64,000 bases of DNA from Paraspadella gotoi (taxonomy: Eukaryota; Animalia; Chaetognatha): the NCBI GenBank assembly GCA_051294375.1, contig CM119264.1, positions 16,775,245-16,839,244 on the forward strand. The letters run 5' to 3'. The notes beneath the pieces are model-generated. The model had not been told where the DNA came from, did no database searches, and saw nothing but the letters and a program-made list of their open reading frames with translations. The position numbers were made by a program, and so were the translations under genes. This document shows positions 50,001 to 61,227 of the stretch, in pieces. How positions within the stretch are numbered: the first letter of the stretch is position 1; each line of letters opens with the position of its first letter.

Positions 50001-50739
50001 AGAGAAAACATTGCAGGAATGGTTGCCAAAAAATTAAGATAATATAAACTCAGGCGAACCAAAAAAATTTGGAAAAAAAGGATAGTTCTGAAGCGAAAAG
50101 TACTCGAGCAATTCCATCCACATGAGGCAGTTCAAATCAGTTCAGCTCGGCCGAGCTGTGCGACTGGGATGAACAGTCAAAAGCTTTTTCTTTTACTTTC
50201 TTTCCCTTTTTTGTGGTGTTGCAACTTGCAACCATTAATTTAGGTCTGTCAATTCGTTAAATTTCACAGAAATGCTAAATTTTATCTTCAGCCTTTTGTA
50301 ACCGGTGTATGAAAATTTATAATAATTTTTAATGGGTTCTTCCTTTCTTACCTACTTCCATTTCTATAGAACCCCCTCGCTGGTGAAAGTAAGTAAAATT
50401 CATTACGTCATTGATATTATTCATTCAGCTTGAGCCACGCGCAATACGGAGTGACATCAGAAGAAATAAGAATCTTTACTCATTGTCTCGAACTTACCTT
50501 AAAAATGGAACTTGGTTTAAAGCTTACGAAGCAGGTGACAAAAAGTACTACCATAATAACCATTGCCTACTGCATTTCACTAAAAATAAAACCTTGTGCT
50601 GAACCTAATTTTTATTCAGTAGGGTCTACAAGCTTGGAATACGGCGCTAAAATTGCTAAATCGAGCGTTTTGCGAAGGGTTAGAAAAAGGAAACAGAAAA
50701 ACTATGAAAATTATCAAGCGACAAGCTGCTAAAAATTAA
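47083..50739 (+). CDS. Divergent single-domain globin with N-terminal myristoylation motif, 197 aa, 6 exons
   Basis: Exons 47083-47165, 47246-47353, 47584-47683, 47746-47825, 50429-50534 and 50623-50739 join in frame (594 nt). A helix LSPKDILEIQVSW, B helix ILLFKLFFE, F-G helices GLSHAQYGVT..IFTHCL..TL..ELG, H helix QAWNTAL. The exon 3 acceptor is weak. Confidence 0.82.
48008..49188. mobile_element. Non-autonomous DNA transposon with ~25-bp TIRs beginning CATGATGGG, in globin intron 4
   Basis: Left CATGATGGGGGAAAAAATTGTCGCG; right CGCGACAATTTTTTTCCCATCATG. No intact ORF; superfamily not determined. Confidence 0.75.
49463..49647. mobile_element. Small MITE containing degenerate CCCTAA (telomere-like) repeats; related copies at ~33085-33170, 33340-33445, 33530-33700, 36805-36870
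   Basis: TIRs AATTTTATTTTTGCCGACCGCGGTT / AACCCCGGTTGGCAAAAATAAAATT enclose CCCTAACCCTAAACCC-type arrays. Confidence 0.7.
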
Positions 50740-50897
50740 CAATTTATTAAGTGATAACTTGTTTTTGTTAGTATTTATAAGTCACAATACATGTTAAATT
50801 ATTAGTTATTCTTTTTAAATGACGATACCAGCGCACTGTGTAAAGTGTATACTGTGTGGAAAGACTTCAGAATACGAAAGATATTTATCGACGTAAT

Positions 50898-51500
50898 TAG
50901 GGGTAGCCGCACTCAATGGGGTGAGTCAAAAATTTAGAGCGAGTACATGCTCAAAACGAATATTTAGACATTTTTAAGAATACTTTCAATGGACAAAAAA
51001 TTTCTAATATGGCTCTATACCCTAGTAATTAATTTTTTAATATTTATTTATAAATAGGAAAGGTCAAAAATTTTTTTTAGAATTTTTTAATTTTAAGACC
51101 AGATTCAGATAGCTCATAAAAAGTTGTCTACACAAAGTAGATTCTTTTTTAAATATTTTTACGATAAGTGTGTCAAAAATAAGAAAACCGTAAAAAATCA
51201 TCATCATCATCATCTTTTAATGATTTTATCAGTTTTTTTATATTTTCACTTAGAAAACGTAAGAATTTTTAAAAGCAGTAATTATATTTCTTGTTTAACT
51301 TTTATGCTCTATCAGAATCCATCAAAAAATTTTAAGATTTAAAAAAAAAAATTTTTGCTCTATATAGTAATATAATATTTTTAATTAGGCTAGTACCCTC
51401 AGAAGAAAGCATATTTGAAAAAAAATATTTTAATACCATAATCTATGGTCATGATAGATTATTTTAACGCTGTATACATTAGCATTTAAATTTCATTTCT
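50898..51500. mobile_element. AT-rich MITE-like family starting TAGGGGTAGCC; copies at 60909-61227 + 62232-62643, 20140-20660 (rc) and 43250-43790 (rc)
   Basis: Long near-identical blocks (GGGGTGAGTCAAAAATTTAGAG..CATGCT.AAACGAA..; GACCAGATTCAGATAGCT; TATGCTCTATCAGAAT) at several loci. Confidence 0.75.
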
Positions 51501-54100
51501 ATGGCTAACGTAATTTAGCTGTAAGAAACTGAGGTGAGTAACTTGGCCAAATAATTTTATCGAAAACGGAGTTTTCGAGGTTCAAAAATTATTGACAATC
51601 ACGGGGAATAAAAGCAAAAATCACTGACTGAAAAATCTTAAACAGTGAATGCACAAATATAACGTAAATGTTGTTGTAGTTGTGATCGAAACAGCTGCGA
51701 CAAAACATTACTTTTTATTGGTATAAAATATTTTAAAAAACCTATTCTATTTCAAACGTTAAAGTGAAATGATAAAGCGTGCCAATCGATATTTTTAATA
51801 GTTTAATAAATCGCTAATATTTGACTGATTGAATGATGAAAAGTAATCCTAATATGAATATTCCGTCCGAGATTTCACTTTTTGATTGGTTTATCTTTCG
51901 GTTTGTCTTTAATTATCGGAAGATGGCGTGAGCGACTAGTAGCTTTTTGGCGTTTCGTATCTTCGAATGAGCAATATGATCAATAAAAAGCATCACATTT
52001 TGAATACTCATATTTACTTAAGTTGATGTATAAATAAAATTTTAAGCAAAAACAAGTTTGAGCAAACAATGTCGGATCTGCCTGAGAAAACTTTCAATGA
52101 ACCAAATTTTTTTAAAATGGCTAGAAGAACAAGTAATTAATTTTGTAATAATTATTTATAGATAGGAAATGTCCAAAAAAAATTTTGGATTTTTTTATTT
52201 GTAAAAACATATTCATATAGGCTATATATTATAGCTTATAAAAAAATTATCTTATACTTATTTGTTAATTTTAAATAATAAAACCTCCAAATTTTAAAAA
52301 GTTGCAATTATATTTTTTGTTTATTGAGCTCTATCAGAATTAAATAAAAAACTTAAAATATTTAAAAACAAATTTTGATATTATATAACAATATAATAAT
52401 TTTAATTAGCAAATTATTCATGGTTCAGAACATTTTTGCTAAAGAATATTTTAACACAATAATTAATACCAAACATGAATTTGTTTCATGCTGTTCCCAT
52501 TAAAATTGGAATTTGGTGGACTTCCGCTGTGCAGTACTAATAATATTTTGGTATTTATAAAAATATTTTATAAATCAAAACAATATTATTTTTATTTTGA
52601 TATATGATTTGATTAAAAATTTTTGATCAATACATAGGAAATATAATAAAATAAAATAGAATAAAAAATATTTATTAAAAAATATAAAAAAAAGATTTAA
52701 GATAATAAATATTTTAAAAGACAATTGTTATTTTGTTAAAGAGCAGGTGCAAGTGAAGATCTAGTGGGTGCATATAAAGTTTACTTTGAATGTTTCTTAA
52801 TGAGACTGACTTTTGTTTTTTCCTTTTAAATTCGCACTTTATATCCAGCCCAATCACATACTTTCCTACCTACAAACAAAATTCTATTCCAATCCATCCA
52901 TCCAAATTTCAATCACGAGTAATTGGAGTTGAATGCTAACGGGGAATGGGCGGACAGACATTTCTTTTTGCATAATTTATCTGAATTCTAGGTTCTGATA
53001 TGATCTAAATGATTTATTGACAAGATTTTTGGGTGGGACCGACGGACCGATAAAGGGAATTATAGAGTCGGAATCTTCGATACGCAGATCCGACTAAAAA
53101 TCATTATATATATTATAATTTGTTATTATTGAATATTAGTAATAATTACCAGAAGAAATATGGAATTTTGTTGCATAAAAATTTATACTATTTATAGTAA
53201 ATACTTTTAATTGGTCGAATTAATAATTGACAGTGATATTTTTTATTGCATCATATCTGTTTTTGTCGGATTTTTTATGAAGAGGTGGATTCTTTTCGAC
53301 TAAAATTTGTTGGTCTCATTACATTTTTTTAATTTTAACACTAAGTGTATTTGCAGGTTTTACCTTTATGATGAACGTTTTTTATGTTTATATCTTGAAT
53401 ATAAGGTTGTTTTTGATGGGGTTCCATAACAACGGATGCTGTACATATTTTTTTTATTAACATTTTTTTTTACATTCAAGTTGATTAAGCTTAAGCTTAC
53501 CAACGTAAATTTGGGAGTCAGAATTTGTAAAGCTTTGCATCACATAAGAACTAACGACTGATATACTTGGTCTCGTCATTCTACTTGATGCAGCGTTCTA
53601 AAATATTTTGTTCGATAAAGAATTGCATGTCTGTACTACAAAAGTGATTTTTCTGGTAGGACAATGGTACAATATTACTAAACCAATTTTAATGTAATAA
53701 TATATTTACCTGACTTACACGTATACTTTTCTCCACTTTAGAATATCTGAGAAATTAAAAAGCAACTACGGAGATATCCTTTGCAGTTCTAAGATTTTTT
53801 TAAGAAATACCAACCTTTTTTTAGGTAGCCACTTAAGGAAAATAGCAGGTCGAGTAAGTATTATGCATTCAATTTAGCTCTAGCTCTTAAAAATGATTTA
53901 GATTGTCTACAACTGTAGTAGGCTATGTACTAAGGCGAACAATGTGAAAACTAAGAGTTCTGTCAATGAAACTATTTAAATATTTTTAAATTTCAAAACT
54001 TTAATTTGCATTTAAAAACAATCCTGTTTTGATCGGATTTTGCTGACCTATCACATTGAGTCTCGTGGGTATACTTTACGATTTTATAGGTTCTGTTGAA

Positions 54101-54335
54101 GTCGCCCCGCCCCCCCCACATAAGCCCTCGTAACCTCGAGGTGCCAATACCGCGAAAAGTTATCAGAAAATAACGAAAAAAAACAAAAGAAACGAAGTTA
54201 AATGTAATGAAAACGGAGAGAAAACAAAAGACAAAAGTCCGTGCGCTCTATCCTCTCCGCCGCGGCAGCAGCCGCTCCCTGCCGCTGCAGGCCAGTCCGG
54301 CTAACCCGAGGCTGCTGCGCCGGGGATGCATCACT
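54101..54335. repeat. Left inverted terminal repeat of DIRS element
   Basis: Reverse complement of 59136-59370 with only a few mismatches or indels. Confidence 0.95.
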
Positions 54336-55010
54336 TTTTCTTTTCGCGCCATATCGTGCACGTGTTAAAATAGTTATCTTTTAACGATTTTTTCGTTTTT
54401 TTCCTCAAATTTCAACAAATTTCTACGTTTTAACGAATTTTCTTACCGAGTTATTATGCCTTCTCACGAAAATTCAAAATCTCGGTCGAATGACGGCGGT
54501 TCTGGGAAATCCGCTCACCGAGATAAGGGCGGAGGTCCCCATTGACCGACCAGGATCGAGAGGCGGTGAGGAAGGACTACCTCCCGCCGCCCCCCCCACC
54601 TCCAGTTTCGCCGCGACAGTCTCGCTTCCTGTCCTCCGGCGCCGGGGGGGCTCCCCGCCTGAATCTGCAGCCTCGCTGCCCGCGGTTCCGTCGGGAGGGA
54701 TTGACGAGCATATGAGAATCTTCATGGCTGATTTCCGTAAGGACTTTGAAGTCCGTCAGGATTTTGGTCAGTCCGCAAAGATTTAGACTCAGTCCGCCAG
54801 GACTTTCGTAAGGAGATTGGCGAGCTTCGTCGTGCAACTCGTCTCGACTTGGAGGATATTCGTGGGTGAGTTTTTTTGTGATTTTTTTCACCTCGGTGGG
54901 GAGTTAGTGTCGTCGTTTCGCTTAGCGCCCTCTCTCCCGTTATTTGTTTTCTTCTTTTTTCTCCGCTCCTTTTTGCTCTTTTGTCTCGACCCCTTCTCTC
55001 CTCTTGGGAC

Positions 55011-55097
55011 AGGGCTTATGTGGGGGGGGCGGGCGACTTCAACAGAATCTCTAATTCCTTTATGGAATATTGATTCTTTGTCGCCCCCCCCCACATA
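55011..55097. repeat. Internal complementary region (ICR) of DIRS element
   Basis: 55011-55047 is the reverse complement of the left end 54091-54128. 55053-55097 is the reverse complement of the right end ~59350-59395. Together they spell the circle junction. Confidence 0.92.
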
Positions 55098-58000
55098 CTC
55101 CCACCATCCTCCCCTTTATTTCACACCGCCCTTGTATGTGGGTGGAGAGTTTTCAGGCTCTCGTTTGAGAGATGGATTTTATTTTTACGGGAAAATTTTT
55201 TTAGTGTTTTCCTTTTGAGAGCAAAGGGGGGCGGCGGGGGGGGAGGGTTGTTTTGTTGGGATTATTTCTAATCCGTACGTTTAACCCTTTTTTTATTTAT
55301 GTGCGATTCTTTGTCGTCCCCGGCGTCGTCACTTCTCTCCATCCTCCTACGCTCGTTCCATCTCCTACTCATATGCTCGCCCAGAGGCCTTCCCCGTGCT
55401 GGCCATGCCTCTGCTCCTCGTTCCCGGGATGGCTCTCCTCCACGTCCGCGCCATTCTTTTCCGGATCCGGATGCTGCCCCTCCTCCGCAGAGGAGGGCGA
55501 GGCCTCCGACGATGACTCTGGCGACGAGAATCTCGGCGTCTGCGAGAAATTCGTAATCGCACGTAAAGCCGCGCCCAGCCTTCCCAATGGGTCCAGGACA
55601 CGTGGCGCCATTTTCGCGGCATCAAGCCCTCCGGCGCTTTTCGTCGCGGCTGGACGCTTTCTCCATCGCGAGCCGCACCTCACGCTGGGTGGACACCGAC
55701 ACCCCAGCAGCTTTCTTGCCTCCAATGCGACCATGCTTCGTGGCAGTTCAACGCCGCTCGTTTTTCCTCGTCGCTCAAAGCCCTTTATCGTCAGATGACC
55801 TCAGCGGCGCGGCGGGTCACGTGTTCTTGCTACCGTCGAAGAGCTCAATGCCCTTTGTGGAGGATATCAATCAAGGCGTCTTGCGAGGAGCTCAAGGCTC
55901 GCGCATGCGCCGCTCGCCTCCCCTCTTCGTGATGTTGCAGCTCTTCAGGCTGCATCCTTCAACGATGCTTTGCCAGGTTCGACGTGGAGTTTCGGCGGCT
56001 GCTTCGACGGACCTAAGGGCGTCTATCGCGGACGCCGCCCCTTCCGAATCCTTCTTTTTGGCAACCCCACGGAGTGCGTTTCGGCTGCTTTTCAGGCCTC
56101 CTTGGTGCGTCAGCAGGCCTCCCGTCCACGTTTTCAACAGGATCGTCGCCCGTCCTTCAAAGCCAAGTCTGCTTTCAAAGGAAAAAAGGGCGGCAAGAAG
56201 CCTTATCAGGCCAAGCGTTCGGGAAACGGGGAGGAGCGGGGCAACCGCTCCACCAAGTGACGGGCTCCTGCGGATCCGGGAGTCGTTGCCTCGTCCGACT
56301 CTTCCTTCCGTTTCGATTCGTCCAACATCGCCGCCTCAGACTCCATCTTCAGACTGGTTCGCCGCCCCCGCCCGTCGCTTCTTCCGCAGTTTCCGGTCGG
56401 GGCCGCCTCGTCCACTTCCTCCCCTTCTGGAAGCGTCTCGTCGGCGACAACTCCCCAATCCTCGAAAACGTCTCGGGATTTCGCATCGCCAATGCCGACA
56501 GGATTCCAGTTCGTCTTCCTCGCCCTTCGGACGAGACTCCTTCTTTCGGCGAGAGAGATGCGGAAGTGGAGGAGGAGATTCAGGCGGCTCTGGAGAAGGG
56601 CGCCATCGAAGAGGTCAACTCCTCTCCGGGGTTTTATTCGAAGGTCTTCCTCGTGCCGAAGAAAGACGGAGGATGGCGTCCCATCCTCAACCTCAAGCGC
56701 TTGAACGCCTCTTTCCTCTCCCCTCCCTATTTTCGGATGGAGGGCGTGGCGATGTGAGGAAGATGTTTCGCAAAGGGGATTGGGGCGCCTCCATCGGATT
56801 TGAAGGACCCTACCTCCATCTTCCTCTCCACAAGGACCATCGTCGTCTTTGCCGCTTCATTTGAAAGAAAGGTTTTCGGCCTCGCAACAGGTCCTTTCCT
56901 TTTTACAAAGCGACTCGTCCCCTTGTCCAGTGGCTCCGCGAAAGAGGAATACGATGCCTTTTTTATCTGGACGACATCCTCATTCTGGGAGCGTCGAGGG
57001 AGGAGTGCCTCTTAGCGACAGAGAAACCTTCCTCCTGCTTCGGGAGGCAGGCTTCATCATTCACCTGCAGAAATCGAACCTCTGCCCGTCCCAACGCTTC
57101 GAGTTCCTCGGGTTTTTCTGGGATGGTCTCAACCACTCCATTGTACTTCCGGAGAAGAAGAGAGAAACACTTCGATCCCTCTCGCTCTCTCTCCTCGACA
57201 TGCCCCGTCCAACAGCGAGCGTCCTTCAGCTTCTGGGACATGTCACAGCAGCCTCCATAGCGACCCCGCTCCTTCGTTGCAGAGCCACGAGAATTCAACA
57301 CGATCTCCATTGTGTAGTCGGACGGAGGCGGATCTCAATCGCCCATCGCCTCTCTCTGCTCTAGCTCGGGAGGAGCTCAGCTGGATTGCGGCGCTGCTTC
57401 CGGAGGTGCTGTGGCGCCAATAGCGGATCTTCTCCCGGAGTCTTGTTCCTTGACAGTAACGACAGATGCCTCACAGGAGGGCTGGGGCATCCTCCATCAG
57501 GGGACGCTTCTTCGGGGGATATGGAGGGGTGCCGATGTCCCTCGCCATATCAATGTGAAGGAATTCATGGTCCTGATGATATTCCTCCAGCGATTCTCCT
57601 CACTTCGTTTCATCGATTCATTGGAGGTCGGACAGCCAAGTCTCCCTCCTCTGCCTCCCAGGACCTGCAGTCGCTCACCGGCTCTCCACGAGATCGTCCG
57701 CTCATCACTGATCCTCGCTCACTCACTCGGCATTCGTCTTACCGGAAGTCACGTGACCTCGGAGGAGAATCTTGTGACCGACGCTGCTTCGAGGGGGAAG
57801 AAGGTAGCGGATTGGCACCTTCTCCACTGTTTTTCGCCAGATCTCCGACGCCTTCGCCCCGCAGAGATCGATCTCTTCGCGTCGGCGACTCGACACAGCT
57901 GCCTCGGTTCTTCGCTTGGATGACAGGCGCGGGAGCAGAGGGCGTCGACGCTCTCGCTCAGATCTGGGACTTCGATTCCTTTTTCCTCCCCCCCCTCCTC

Positions 58001-59135
58001 CCCAGCGTGATTCGGAAGCTGGAGGAGGCGAGAGGCGAGTTTCTCCTCATCACTCCCTTCTGGACGGCACAGAAATGGTTTCGAGCCTCCTGCTTCTTCG
58101 GATCAAGGAGGTGGCCGCCTCCCCATCCCGAGCAACCTCGTCATAGACCTCGCGACGGGCCTTCCCCCGCCCCAGGCGGACCACTTGAAGCTCGTCGTTT
58201 GGAAGATTTTCGGCGGTCGCACGGAATCGTCGAGGTCAACGACGCCACTTTCGGTGTCATCGCTGACAGCTGGAGGAGTTCCACTAGAAACCGTTACGCC
58301 AGAGCGTGGTTCCTTTTGTGACTTCCTTCAACGTCGAGAAGTACGAGGACCTGAGGCCTCTCTAAAAGACGTTTTGGAATACTTAGGCCACTTGGCTGAG
58401 CAGGGCTCTTCCTATAGCACAGTTAATTTGCACCGCTCGGCGATCTCGACGATTTTTCTCAACGGCGCTCCAGCGGGCGAGCACCCGCTAGTTCGTCGAC
58501 TTCTTAAGGGCGTCTTTGAACGACGCCCCCCTACACGTCGTCTTTTCCCCTCCTGGGATGCAGCGTCGATTCTTCGTATTTTCAGATGCGCGCCACGTCC
58601 ATTTTCGCCTTTCGAAATTCTTCGCCAATCTCTTTTCCTTTTTGCGATGGCTTCAGCTCGTCGCCCGTCGGAGATTGTCTCACTTCGTTGTGACCCCGCC
58701 TACTCGTTCTCGCGCGGGATCACGTTCGTTTAGTTCCATCCAAACTCTCCAAGACCGACCGGGTTGGACACCTTGGCCCGCCTTTCGTCTGGATTCCCTT
58801 CCGGGCTCCCCTCGCTGCCCTGTAGCAGCTCTACGAGCCTGGTTGTTCGTTCGCGACAAGATCTCTCCCGACCATCACGCGTCTTCTGTGCCAGTCACGT
58901 CCCTTCCGTCTATCGACGCAGCGTTTTGCAGCGATCCTCAAAGGCATTTTCCTTGAAGCGGACGTCGACGCTCCCTCGGGTTCAACGCGCTCCATGGCGG
59001 TTTCCGACGCCTTCGCCGCCGGTGTGGATCTTGGCGTCATTCTCCGAGCGGGAGACTGGTCTGGCGCCCAGACCTTCTTCCGTTTTTATTGTCGGGACGT
59101 TTCGTGGGGCGACGCCTTTTCTGGTTCTCGGGACG

Positions 59136-59395
59136 AGTGATGCATCCCCGGCGCAGCAGCCTCGGGTTGGCCGGACTGGCCCTGCAGCGGCAGGGAGCGG
59201 CTGCTGCCGCGGCGGAGAGGATAGAGCGCACGGACTTTTGTCTTTTGTTTTCTCTCCGTTTCATTACATTTAACTTCGTTTCTTTGTTTTTTTATCGTTA
59301 TTTTCTGATAACTTTTCGCGATATTGGCACCTCGAGGTTACGAGGGCTTATGTGGGGGGGGCGGGGCGACAAAGAACAATATTCCAAAAGGAATT
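59136..59395. repeat. Right inverted terminal repeat plus right extension (59371-59395) of DIRS element
   Basis: Reverse complement of the left ITR; the YR stop codon overlaps its inner edge. Confidence 0.95.
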
Positions 59396-60049
59396 TAATT
59401 TCATAGATGTCACTTTTTTATTTCTTTCATTTCTTCTCTGCCCTACCGTGATAAAACATATTATCAAGAATTATGATGTCTTTAGTGTCAAAAATAAAAG
59501 TCAAAATTCTTTACTTTTTTACACTCTGTAGTAGAAACTTATTTGATAAGACGTTTTATTCATTTTTTGCAGCTTTAACATAAAATTATCATAAACATAT
59601 TTTACTAAAGTTTCTTAGTTTTTTCCAGCGAATCCGAAAATTAAAATGAAAAAAATATTATTTTAAAATTGTATGATTTTATAAGAATATTATTATAAGG
59701 AAAATTTAATTTATGATACTGTTATGAATTTATTTTTAAAAAAAGGCTCATTTATTTTTCATTTCATATATAAAGGCAGTAAAAAAAGGTTCAATCGCTG
59801 AATCTTTTCATTACTCCACCCTACTGTGTAAGTTACTCAACATACAATCATCATAAAAATGATCCTAGAATACTTTTATGAAAATTAGAAGATTACTTGT
59901 TTTACCATAATAAAATAAACTTTAAATACACAGTAAAAAGTATATTTCGTAATTGCAAAAATTCTAAGAAGTTTAAAAGATGTTTTTATTTTGAACAGAT
60001 TTTTACAAAAAGTAATCTATTTAAGAGACAGTAATTATTGTTATGAGTT

Positions 60050-60215
60050 AATGACAGAACCGTTTAATATAAGCAGTCCCTGAGCTTCGAATCAGGCTGT
60101 AACACCGTGTTACAGGCGGGTTAAGCACCCCGTCCCTCTGCTAGGCGACCACCGGGCTAAAACCCCGGACCTTTAGGTCGGGAGGCGAATGACTTGCCTC
60201 CGGCACCAATGGCCA
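60050..60215 (-). mobile_element. tRNA-derived SINE, same family as 17220-17390
   Basis: Reverse-complement match over ~165 bp. Confidence 0.8.
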
Positions 60216-61227
60216 CCATACTATATTGTTATAAAAAATTATATTACGTACATATTTACAAATGAATAAATAAGTCATAAACATTCTTTTCACTTCTTCT
60301 TTTTTCATTTTGGTTAAACAACGTCTTAATTACTTTTGTTATTAAAAAGTTTAATTTTTAATTTAATTTAGTAGTATATCGAAGTGATATTTTCCTTAAG
60401 GTACAAGTCAGTAAGGAGAATATTTCTCCAATAGTACATCAACAAATAATCGGGTTGGTCGCTTATTTCAAATGGATCGACAAAATCCTTCTCCAAGCAA
60501 CATCGAGAGCATCTGAAGATTAAAACGTTTTTTTTCTTTTTTTGCTTTAATATTAAAAGCCTGTCCAAAGTCAGGGGCAAGATAGCTTATTTAATATTTA
60601 TTAATGAATGGATAATTTTTATATTGGTTGTACCAATTTGGAGAAGTTTCAACTATTTAATTTTAAAATCAAGAAAGCATTATCCATTATTTGGTCTAAT
60701 ATCATTTTTGTGAGAACGTTTCATTCGCTAATATATCTGATTTTATCTTTTTCTGTCCTGTTCCCAATAACTACTCTTTTTTTCATCCATTGATTCCGCA
60801 TTGGACCGACGGTGCTATCATATATCAGGGGCAAGATGGCTTGTTTATTAAATGAATGGATAATTTTTCTATTGATTGTACCCATTTCATGAAATTCGTG
60901 ACTTTGGATAGGGGTAGCCCCACTTAACGGGGTGAGTCAAAAATTTAGAGTGGGCACATGCTAAAACGAAAATTTATACATTTTTAAGTATACTTTCAAT
61001 GGACAAAAAATTTTTTATATGTCTCTATACCCAAATAATTTTTTAATATTTATTTATATATAGGAAAGGCAACAAAATCTTTTTAGAATTTTTTTATTTT
61101 AAGACCAGATTCAGATAGCTCATAAAAAGTTGACTGCACAAAATATAATTCTTTTTTAAATATTTTTATGATAAGCGAGTCAAAAATAAGAAAAACTATA
61201 AAAAATTATTATTATCATTATCTTTTG

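Larger units (their letters stand above)
54091..59395 (+). mobile_element. DIRS1-like tyrosine-recombinase retrotransposon, full length, frameshifted
   Basis: ITRs 54101-54335 / 59136-59370 with unique terminal extensions; ICR 55011-55097. Gag-like region ~54456-56260; RT (GFYSKVFLVPKKDGGWRPILNLKRLN; YLDDILI); RNase H (TDASQEGWG, HINVKE); MT domain (DLFAS..LPRF..GVDALAQ.W..PP..LLITP.W..Q.WF); YR (LFAMASARRPSEI..CPV..GSTR..GDWS..TFFRFY, stop 59140). No obvious TSD. Confidence 0.95.

Noticed and set aside
50370-50388. 19-nt micro-exon candidate (TAG|..|GTAAGT) upstream of globin exon 5
   Set aside because: It would frameshift the globin and leave only a 40-nt intron; the exon 4-5 join works without it. 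At most a poison exon.
54091-59395. Ngaro/PAT-type or LTR classification of the retroelement
   Set aside because: The terminal repeats are inverted with an ICR, not split direct repeats or LTRs, and there is no DDE integrase.
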